Shown: in pieces, positions 57,031 through 64,000 of the stretch
How the letters are laid out: each line of letters opens with the position of its first letter
Numbering within the stretch: position 1 is the first letter of the stretch
Virus record (IMG/VR): IMGVR_UViG_3300003320_000853
DNA from: a virus
Lineage: Duplodnaviria > Caudoviricetes
Reading direction: 5' to 3' (one strand)
DNA: 64,000 nucleotides
The notes under the pieces: model-generated
The model's database searches: none
Told to the model about the DNA's origin: nothing
Seen by the model: the letters and a program-made list of their open reading frames with translations, nothing else
Program-made: the position numbers and the translations under genes

Positions 57031-57903
57031 ATGCGTTTGATCAAGTTGTTCCCGTTGCTCGTCCTGCTCGCGACTCTTCTCGGTTGCTCGTCCAGCCCGC
57101 CCCCCGACTCGTTCACGATCACGGCGAGCCCCGCGACCGTGTCGTCCGGCGCCGAGATTCTCTACCTGTGCGAGTCTTTCGACGCTCCATCAACTCCCTC
57201 GATGGTGACGAAGATCCTGCCCAAGTACGGACAGGGTACTCACCACCTCGATGTCTTTCAGGCGTTGGCTCCCGAGCCGAAGGGCGTTTGGATGTGCCCC
57301 GAGGTTTGGAAGAGCACGTGGCTCCCGGTGTCCATCTTCGGTACGACGCCCGACGCGATCGACGTGCCGGCCGGCTATGCGATCCAGATCCCGGCTGGCG
57401 CCCAGCTCGTGATGCAGCGGCACTTGCTGAACGCGACCAGCATGCCCCTGGACACGACGGCGAGCGTCACCTTCAGCTTGACCCACGACGAGAGCGCCCA
57501 GAAGGCGGGCGGGTTCGGGTTCGAGTCGACGATGATCTCGATTCCCCCCGGCTCGGCGAACTTCCCGGTCACGACCTCGTGCGTGGTTCCGTCGGATAGG
57601 CACATCTGGGATGCCTTCTTCCACATGCACCAGCTCGGCAGCCACGCCGAGCTCTCGCTCAATGGCGAGCGGATCATCTCCCAGGTCGACACGTGGAGCT
57701 TCACCAATCAGCCGCACTTCGCGGTCGATTTCGACTTGAAGAAGGGCGATGTGGTCACCCTCACTTGCTACTACAACAACGACACCGCGGACACGGTCGT
57801 CTACGGGCCCTCGACCACGAACGAGATGTGTGCGTGGGAGGGTCTCGGCTTCCCGTGGGTCGAGTACGACGGCTGCATCGACGGCCAGCCGGTCACGCTC
57901 TGA
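57031..57903 (+). CDS. copper type II ascorbate-dependent monooxygenase-like lipoprotein
   Basis: Lipobox LLGC; THHL, HLLN, HMHQLG, NEMC copper-ligand pattern. Confidence 0.85.
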   Translation: MRLIKLFPLLVLLATLLGCSSSPPPDSFTITASPATVSSGAEILYLCESFDAPSTPSMVTKILPKYGQGTHHLDVFQALAPEPKGVWMCPEVWKSTWLPVSIFGTTPDAIDVPAGYAIQIPAGAQLVMQRHLLNATSMPLDTTASVTFSLTHDESAQKAGGFGFESTMISIPPGSANFPVTTSCVVPSDRHIWDAFFHMHQLGSHAELSLNGERIISQVDTWSFTNQPHFAVDFDLKKGDVVTLTCYYNNDTADTVVYGPSTTNEMCAWEGLGFPWVEYDGCIDGQPVTL

Positions 57904-57932
57904 CGGTCTGCGCCCCGGTGTAGCACCGGAGC

Positions 57933-58496
57933 ATGATCGACCTCCGTCAGTTCCTCATCCATAACATCGTCCAGGGGGTCTTCTATGACCCTGTTGCCCC
58001 TGGAGTGGCCAACCTCCTCTCCGACGTCGCAATCTTCGACGTGAGCGGGCTTGCCCCCGTCTTCGTTCTCGGCGCGTTGGGTGAGAGCATCACCCGGCAA
58101 ACAGGCCCTCGCGTCATCGCTCCCTATGTCGAATTCTCGGGAAGCTACGGGGAGGTCGAGCTTGCGATCCAGGAACGGATCCGCTCGCTTCTGGAAGCCC
58201 GAGGCCGAGAAGCTCACGCGGATGAGCCTACCGCGGTACAAGCGACTCGTTTGCAGGAGACGCTTCTGCATGGGCTACCTTCCAGCCAGCCGCTCAAGCA
58301 CATCATCGTCCCCAACGAGGAGATGAAGGCCAGGATCCTCCCCCATGTCACCGTGCCGGTCGGCGTTTTCGGAGGCATGAGCTTCGTCCTGGGGATCTCG
58401 GAGCCGAAATTCGTGGGTCACCTCGTGACTCACACGAAGCACGGGCTGGCGATGTTGGTACACGGCGGCGTGGTCGCCGCTCTGCTCGCCCCCTGA
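57933..58496 (+). CDS. hypothetical protein
   Basis: GGTGTA 10 nt upstream. Confidence 0.7.
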   Translation: MIDLRQFLIHNIVQGVFYDPVAPGVANLLSDVAIFDVSGLAPVFVLGALGESITRQTGPRVIAPYVEFSGSYGEVELAIQERIRSLLEARGREAHADEPTAVQATRLQETLLHGLPSSQPLKHIIVPNEEMKARILPHVTVPVGVFGGMSFVLGISEPKFVGHLVTHTKHGLAMLVHGGVVAALLAP

Positions 58497-58524
58497 AGTC
58501 TACGCTCCGGTGTAGCTCCGGGGC

Positions 58525-59811
58525 ATGGCTCATCGAAAAGCCTCGACACGACGTATTGAGGTTTACGGCATCTCCGGCAGCAAGGGGCATGGCAAGGACA
58601 CCTTCGCCAACCTCATCCTCCGGGTACATCCTGGGTTCAGAATTCTGCATTTTGCGGACTCTCTGAAGCGGATGTCCACTCGGATCTTCGGGCTGACGAA
58701 CGCGCAGATGAACGACCCAAATCTCAAAGAAGCGCCCCTCGGACGACCCCTCGACATGGACCCCTATGTCCCTGCTATGTGCAAGGAGACTGGGCTCCTG
58801 ATCCAGCCTGCGGGGAAGGTAGCCCATAGCCCGCGGGAGGTCATGCAATTCTTTGGAACGGAGTATGTGCGTCGAGCACAGGATGACTACTGGGTCCAGA
58901 GGTTGCTCGCCGAGGTAGGAACCTCGCACCGCATTCTTATCCCCGATGCGAGGTTCCTGAACGAGACGGAGGCTCTTCGATCAATCGGAGGGATCATCAT
59001 CAAGATCGAGAGGATCGACGCTCCACCCCCCAAAGACGGACACGCCTCGGAAACCGAGATGGCCAAGATCGTTCCCGACCTCCTCGTTGGAGCCAAGACG
59101 GGGGACCTGTCCCTTCCGATGAGGGTCGCGACCCTCATCGCGGTGAACCGTTTCGAGGCGGCTTCCAGCTACGACTACCGAAAGGCTCAAGCGGCGATCC
59201 AATCCTACACATCAGGGCGGGGAGCGGAGGCGAGCGCACTGTTGCTTGGACACAAGCATTCCTACGCGCTTTACAACATCCTGGACTACTATGGGATCCT
59301 CCGTCGGAGGCAGGCTGCGAACCGCATCCAACACGAGACGGTCGACGGTGTCGTGGGGAAGCGCTGCATCAAGTGCGTGTGGAGACCCCTTACCGAGTTC
59401 AACGCGAGCACCAAGGCGTGGGACGGAAAGCACAGTCTATGCCGGGATTGTGCGTCCAAGGACAACCAGGCGCGATACCAAAAGCATGGGAAGACGGACA
59501 CCCTGTTGAGAATCTTCATGGCCTCGAAGAAACAGGCTGCGTACCGTGGCATCTCCTTCAATCTGGACTATGCCGACGTCCAAATGCTATGGGATGACCA
59601 GAGGGGCCGCTGCAAGTACAGCGGGTTGGAGATGACTCCCGAACCCAAGTCTCCCAACAAGATCACGATCGATCGGATCGACTCCTCGAAGGGCTATGAG
59701 AAGGGGAACGTCGTCCTTTGTAGCTACCGCGTCAACCTGATGAAGCGCGAGATGTCCCTGAAGGAGTTCCGTGAGATGATTCAGGTACTCCATGCACATC
59801 TGATGGTGTAG
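58525..59811 (+). CDS. deoxynucleoside monophosphate kinase fused to HNH-type endonuclease
   Basis: GSKGHGKDT, FAD.LK, PREVMQ..GTE, DARF.NE, HASE; then CKYSG, IDRIDSSKGY..GNV..C...N.MK. Confidence 0.85.
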   Translation: MAHRKASTRRIEVYGISGSKGHGKDTFANLILRVHPGFRILHFADSLKRMSTRIFGLTNAQMNDPNLKEAPLGRPLDMDPYVPAMCKETGLLIQPAGKVAHSPREVMQFFGTEYVRRAQDDYWVQRLLAEVGTSHRILIPDARFLNETEALRSIGGIIIKIERIDAPPPKDGHASETEMAKIVPDLLVGAKTGDLSLPMRVATLIAVNRFEAASSYDYRKAQAAIQSYTSGRGAEASALLLGHKHSYALYNILDYYGILRRRQAANRIQHETVDGVVGKRCIKCVWRPLTEFNASTKAWDGKHSLCRDCASKDNQARYQKHGKTDTLLRIFMASKKQAAYRGISFNLDYADVQMLWDDQRGRCKYSGLEMTPEPKSPNKITIDRIDSSKGYEKGNVVLCSYRVNLMKREMSLKEFREMIQVLHAHLMV

Positions 59812-59820
59812 GGTCACGCC

Positions 59821-60195
59821 ATGGGACATCTGGTTCTTGGCGTTTTCTATGGGTGTGTGGTTCCTGACGATCTCACGCTTCGCAAAAGGGTCGGGGAGCC
59901 GGGGGAGGACGAGCTCCTCGACAAATGGGACGCCACGAAGGTGAACCGCAAGCTCGGGCTGGACACGACCGGCCTTGGGGACAAGCACCTCATCGGCTTC
60001 TGGCTCGGCGTGGGTGGAGACGATCGTCGGGCACCGGACATCTCGGAGAAGTGCCTGGTCTTCACCGTCATCGAGAAGTCGAAGGAGGCGAAGCGGGCCA
60101 TCGAGTCCTGGAAGGCGTTCGCCACCTTCTCGAAGAACAACGGGGTCCACCTCCCCACGCCGACGTTCTGGATCGCGCCCCTGGAGATCGCCTGA
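59821..60195 (+). CDS. hypothetical protein
   Basis: GGTGTA 10 nt upstream. Confidence 0.7.
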   Translation: MGHLVLGVFYGCVVPDDLTLRKRVGEPGEDELLDKWDATKVNRKLGLDTTGLGDKHLIGFWLGVGGDDRRAPDISEKCLVFTVIEKSKEAKRAIESWKAFATFSKNNGVHLPTPTFWIAPLEIA

Positions 60196-60362
60196 TGCTC
60201 ACCGAAGAACAGAGAGCGAAGAGTCGAGCCGAGAGCGACCGGCTCTGGAAGCAGGCGGGTCGAGAAGTTCTGATCGAGACGCTGGCGAGGGAGATCCCGC
60301 TCCTCCTCTGGCGTATCGCCATCGCTGCCACGATCTTCAGGGTGTGGTGGCCGAGGCACTGA
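60195..60362 (+). CDS. small membrane protein
   Basis: TGATG coupling; hydrophobic C-terminus. Confidence 0.55.
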   Translation: MLTEEQRAKSRAESDRLWKQAGREVLIETLAREIPLLLWRIAIAATIFRVWWPRH

Positions 60363-60553
60363 AGTACCGGGCGACGCAGGAGTTCTACTACTCCTTGATG
60401 CTCGGGGACATCACCGTCCACAAGGGCGAGATCGTGTCGGACTGGACGGTCAAAGAGTACCATCTGGAGGAGGCTATCGAGAATGGGTGGCTCGTCCCAG
60501 CCGATCCTCCAACTTGGCACCAACGGCTCGACGAGGACCCTTTCGGAGCGTGA
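60347..60553 (+). CDS. small protein with acidic C-terminal tag
   Basis: Ends PPTWHQRLDEDPFGA; start uncertain. Confidence 0.6.
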   Translation: MAEALKYRATQEFYYSLMLGDITVHKGEIVSDWTVKEYHLEEAIENGWLVPADPPTWHQRLDEDPFGA

Positions 60554-60555
60554 TC

Positions 60556-60861
60556 ATGGGCTGGGCAACCAAGTACATCGAAGCCTTGAAAAAAGGCGAG
60601 ACCGTCAAGTTCCGGCCCTCGGGCGGATCGATGACCGGGCGCATCGAGAACCGCCAGCTCGTCACCGTGGCACCTCTCGCCGAGGGCGACGAGCTGGCGA
60701 AGGGGGACGTCGTGCTCTGTAAGGTCGCCGGACACGAGTATCTCCACCTCATCAAGGCCATCGGCGACGGGCAGTACCTCATCGGCAACAACCGCGGCGG
60801 CACCAACGGGTGGACGCACCGCAAGAACATCTTCGGCAAGTGCATTCAGGTAGAGCCCTGA
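60556..60861 (+). CDS. S24/S26 peptidase-like protein
   Basis: GGSM...GDVVL...YLH.I...GN.N. Confidence 0.7.
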   Translation: MGWATKYIEALKKGETVKFRPSGGSMTGRIENRQLVTVAPLAEGDELAKGDVVLCKVAGHEYLHLIKAIGDGQYLIGNNRGGTNGWTHRKNIFGKCIQVEP

Positions 60862-60956
60862 ACTACGGGCACTGGTCGGACGCGCTCATGGGGGATGGCG
60901 GTGTATAGCTTGCCCATGGGCCCCGGCTGCCCCACGATGGGCGGCTGAGGTGAAGC

Positions 60957-61481
60957 ATGCACACGTCGCTGGAATGGTGGCAGGCAGTGAAGGGGGACGA
61001 CAAGCTGCTCAACGACTGGCTCATCCGGCAGTACCGGGGTGAGGTAACGGCCGCGAAGCGCATCGAGCTCTTCCGGGATAGATACGTCCTGGATATTGAA
61101 ACGAGGCGCATCCTGACGCTCATCGCGGCACAGGAAGCGAAGCACGCCGCGTGGGTGCTCGATCTTCTCCGGGCACGGGACATCACGCCGAGCATCAAGG
61201 GGGCGGAGGATCGCTACTGGAAGGAGACGCTGCCGGCCATCGAGGACTTCGAGACCGGAGCAGCCGTGGGGGCTCACGCCGAGGAGATGCGCCTCGCCCG
61301 GATCCGGGTCATCTGCGAGGACGACACGGCTCCGGAGGACATCCGGGACGTCTTCCAGAAGATCCTCCCGGAGGAGGAGTTCCACGCACGCACCTTCCGC
61401 AAGCTCGCGGGCAACGAGGCGTACTCCCGGACGATGGGCGCTCACGAGAAGGGCATGGCTCTTCTCGGCCTCACCGCCTGA
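60957..61481 (+). CDS. ferritin-like diiron protein
   Basis: E...EAKH and E...EEFH di-metal pattern. Confidence 0.8.
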   Translation: MHTSLEWWQAVKGDDKLLNDWLIRQYRGEVTAAKRIELFRDRYVLDIETRRILTLIAAQEAKHAAWVLDLLRARDITPSIKGAEDRYWKETLPAIEDFETGAAVGAHAEEMRLARIRVICEDDTAPEDIRDVFQKILPEEEFHARTFRKLAGNEAYSRTMGAHEKGMALLGLTA

Positions 61482-61504
61482 TCTTGGGGGTGTATCTTCC
61501 CCTG

Positions 61505-62023
61505 GTGGAAGACCCCATCGACGAGCTGTGGGACGAGCTGCATCCACCTCGGCCCCACGAAATTCGTCCCCTCCCTGAAGGCACCCACGTTGACCCCATC
61601 CGGGAGATCGACGGCCTGTTTTTGCGCTCCGAAATCCACCTTGTGCTCGCCTGGACGTGGGCCGACCTCGGGAAGGCGCTCGATCGGCTTCGTGCCATGA
61701 CACCCCCACGGGTCACCGTCGACAAGCTCACGAGTCACCTTCCCATCCTGCTCCTCGGGAACGAGCACTGGACGGTCATCCAGGAAGGACTTGAAAAGCT
61801 CCCCGGCCGCAACCGCCAAGCGTTCATCGGCACGATGAACACGTTCGTCATCGACTGCTTCGGCTTCTCGTCCCTGGAGGACGTCCAGGAGAGGATCTTG
61901 TTCGCAGACGGCTCGGCCAGGTTCAGCCGGATGGGCCGAGGCAGCGCAGACGAGTTCTTCGAGGCATACAAGACGGGGATCCAGCACACGTCCGAGATCC
62001 TTCGCACCATGGGGATTTGGTGA
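61505..62023 (+). CDS. hypothetical protein
   Basis: GTG start 10 nt after GGTGTA. Confidence 0.65.
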   Translation: MEDPIDELWDELHPPRPHEIRPLPEGTHVDPIREIDGLFLRSEIHLVLAWTWADLGKALDRLRAMTPPRVTVDKLTSHLPILLLGNEHWTVIQEGLEKLPGRNRQAFIGTMNTFVIDCFGFSSLEDVQERILFADGSARFSRMGRGSADEFFEAYKTGIQHTSEILRTMGIW

Positions 62024-62066
62024 GGTCCGCGTTGATTGTCCCTGGTCTCGGGCTGTAGAGAGAAGC

Positions 62067-62237
62067 ATGAGCACCGGCTTCGACTTCAACGAGCTCTTCT
62101 ATGCGCGGCCCGAGAACGTGGTCAGGCTCGCCCGCTCGCTCGGCATCCAGGTAGACGGCCGGAAGCACGCCGACGTTTGCCGGGACGTCGTGCGCTGGTA
62201 CAAGCGGAACCCGCAGCCGAAGCCGAAAAACCGCTGA
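62067..62237 (+). CDS. small hypothetical protein (not in ORF track)
   Basis: MSTGFDFNELFYARPENVVRLA...; TTGATT-N16-TGTA promoter. Confidence 0.65.
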   Translation: MSTGFDFNELFYARPENVVRLARSLGIQVDGRKHADVCRDVVRWYKRNPQPKPKNR

Positions 62238-62281
62238 GTTTTCGGCAATCTACGAGGATTCGACGTACGCGCCTTGCTTTC

Positions 62282-62319
62282 GTGTCCGGATGACACCATC
62301 TTTGGTGTACAGAAGACAC
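62282..62319. promoter_or_regulatory. tandem NrtR-type operators
   Basis: GTGTC-CGGAT-GACAC and GTGTA-CAGAA-GACAC, both with a GT-N7-AC core; the second overlaps GGTGTA. Confidence 0.65.
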
Positions 62320-62320
62320 G

Positions 62321-63049
62321 ATGTCACACAGTTACAAATGGCCTCGACCGTCCCTGACGGTCGACTGTGTTCTCTTCGGCGTCGATCCGCTGGCGAACGG
62401 CGCCTTCAGCCTTCAGGTGCTCCTCATCCGGCGGAAGGGCGAACCTTTCAAGGGCCGGTGGGCGTTGCCTGGCGGGTTCGTCAACGTCACGGACGAGGGC
62501 GGCCAGGGGGAGTCTCTGGAGGACGCGGCTCGCCGGGAGCTGAGGGAGGAGACGGGGGCGGACGTCGACTACCTCGAACAGCTCTACACGTTCGGGAAGC
62601 CGGGGCGTGATCCACGAGGCCGGGTCATCTCGGTGGCCTTCATGGCGCTCACGCGGTCGAAGGCGCACGAGGTCCAGGGGGCCGACGATGCGGCCGAGGC
62701 GCAGTGGGTCTCGATCGATGCCGTGGCCCTCTCGTGCAACCTGGCCTTCGATCACGACGAGATCCTCACGAAGGCGATCGATCGGCTGCGGGCCAAGGTC
62801 CGCTACGAGCCGATCGGCTTCAACCTCCTGCCGCCGAAGTTCAGCCTCACGCAGCTCCAGAGGCTCTACGAGGCGATCCTCGGGAGGGATCTCGACAAGC
62901 GCAACTTCCGCAAGCGGATCCTCGCCATGGGGATCCTCGTGGAGAGCGGCAAGCAGACGAAGACTCCGCACCGGGCTGCTCTCCTCTATCGGTTCGACAA
63001 GACGGCCTACGACAAGGCCGTCAAGAAGGGCTTCAACTTCGAGATTTGA
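62321..63049 (+). CDS. nrtR: NrtR family Nudix-wHTH regulator
   Basis: ALPGGF..ESLEDAARRELREETG, RDPR, LAFDH, LDKRNFRK. Confidence 0.92.
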   Translation: MSHSYKWPRPSLTVDCVLFGVDPLANGAFSLQVLLIRRKGEPFKGRWALPGGFVNVTDEGGQGESLEDAARRELREETGADVDYLEQLYTFGKPGRDPRGRVISVAFMALTRSKAHEVQGADDAAEAQWVSIDAVALSCNLAFDHDEILTKAIDRLRAKVRYEPIGFNLLPPKFSLTQLQRLYEAILGRDLDKRNFRKRILAMGILVESGKQTKTPHRAALLYRFDKTAYDKAVKKGFNFEI

Positions 63050-63062
63050 CAGGGAAACACAC

Positions 63063-63398
63063 ATGACCCCCAAAGGAATTCGGTGGCTCCAGACGGTAGG
63101 ACGGATCGCGCGTGATCCGCGTCTCGAAAGACTCCCCGCTAGTTTGCGTGCAGACTACCTGCTCACGCTCAAGTCTTTCGAGATGCTGATCAGGGGTCTG
63201 GACGCAAATAACACGTGGTCGCCGGGCTGCATGACGGACTTGGCGCTCTTTGCCTTCGAGCTGAACTACGTGGACTTCGTGGGGGAAAGGCAGCTCTCCA
63301 AGGGAAGCTGTGACTTCATGCGCAAGATTTGCACGGAGATGCGGCAGAGACTCGCAAACCGTGTACAAGGTGTTGGAGTAAGCCGTCTTCACTCCTAA
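63063..63398 (+). CDS. hypothetical protein
   Basis: ORF between nrtR and nadV; lower GC3. Confidence 0.5.
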   Translation: MTPKGIRWLQTVGRIARDPRLERLPASLRADYLLTLKSFEMLIRGLDANNTWSPGCMTDLALFAFELNYVDFVGERQLSKGSCDFMRKICTEMRQRLANRVQGVGVSRLHS

Positions 63399-63422
63399 CT
63401 TCCGCAAACACAAGGAAATGAC

Positions 63423-64000
63423 ATGAATACGAACCTCATCCTCGACATGGACAGCTACAAGGCCAGCCACTCGGTCCAGTATCCGCCGGGCACGACCGGC
63501 ATGTTCTCGTACCTGGAGAGCCGCGGGGGCCGCTACGACCGCACCGTCTTCTTTGGCCTCCAGTACCTCCTCCAGGAGTACCTCTCGAAGCCCGTTACCA
63601 GCGCGGACGTCGAGGAGGCCAGCGCCTTCCTCGGTCCCCACGGGGAGCCATTCCCCCGCGGGGGTTGGGATCGCATCGTCGACAAGTTCGGCGGCTACCT
63701 CCCGATCCGCATCCGCGCCGTCGAGGAGGGCTCCGTCGTTCCGACCCACAACGCGCTCATGACGGTGGAGTCGACCGACCCCGAGACCTTCTGGGTCGCC
63801 TCGTGGCTCGAAGACCAGTTCGTGCGCCTCTGGTACCCGATCACGGTCGCGACGCAGAGCTACATGATCAAGCGGATCATCCTCGCGGCCCTCCAGAAGT
63901 CGGCGGACGATCCGGCGGCCGAGATCAACTTCAAGCTCCACGACTTCGGCAGCCGTGGCGTGTCGAGCCGCGAGACGGCCGGCATCGGCGGCATGGCCCA
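63423..64000 (+). CDS. nadV: nicotinamide phosphoribosyltransferase family protein (3' truncated; not in ORF track)
   Basis: DSYKASH..QYP, FFGLQY, LPIRIRAVEEGS, WYPITVAT.S, KLHDFGSRG. Confidence 0.93.
   Translation, partial: MNTNLILDMDSYKASHSVQYPPGTTGMFSYLESRGGRYDRTVFFGLQYLLQEYLSKPVTSADVEEASAFLGPHGEPFPRGGWDRIVDKFGGYLPIRIRAVEEGSVVPTHNALMTVESTDPETFWVASWLEDQFVRLWYPITVATQSYMIKRIILAALQKSADDPAAEINFKLHDFGSRGVSSRETAGIGGMA

Noticed and set aside
1-64000. Stop-codon reassignment, CRISPR arrays, tRNA or rRNA genes
   Set aside because: Conserved enzymes are intact in the standard code and end at TAG, TGA or TAA; I saw no regular repeat-spacer array or cloverleaf by eye (tRNAscan not run).

Overview
A gene-dense, high-GC 64-kb segment of a large (jumbo-type) tailed phage genome, read in the standard code. 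The host is inferred, not shown, to be a myxobacterium-like high-GC bacterium. I found no rRNA, tRNA or CRISPR array. Recognisable genes: family A DNA polymerase (5' truncated), DUF2997/DUF1257/Ycf46-like AAA module, ThyA, DHFR, 5'-nucleotidase, dNMP kinase, ClpX, topoisomerase IB, Dam methylase, RNase HII, C-N hydrolase, DHH phosphoesterase, CAAX protease, GT51 transglycosylase, two vWA proteins, copper monooxygenase-like lipoprotein, NrtR and NAMPT (3' truncated), plus several HNH/GIY-YIG endonucleases. The main unexplained structure is a set of short shared signals. (1) A peptide motif R-V-x-[AS]-R-[FY]-x(1-2)-A and close variants occurs 14 times in 9 otherwise unrelated proteins, near N-termini and at inter-domain junctions of apparent polyproteins; this suggests a virion-packaging/processing system for injected effectors. 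(2) An acidic C-terminal tag (..[TS]-x-W/Y-x-x-L-L-x-[DE]-[DE]-(P-F)) is shared by at least 6 other unrelated proteins. (3) A GGTGTA element lies 9-12 nt before 26 start codons, and TTGA(T/C)N-N16-TGTA lies before 7 starts, pointing to a largely leaderless transcription programme. (4) Tandem NrtR-type operators overlap the promoter of a phage NAD-salvage operon. All family assignments were made by motif recognition by eye; no searches were run.
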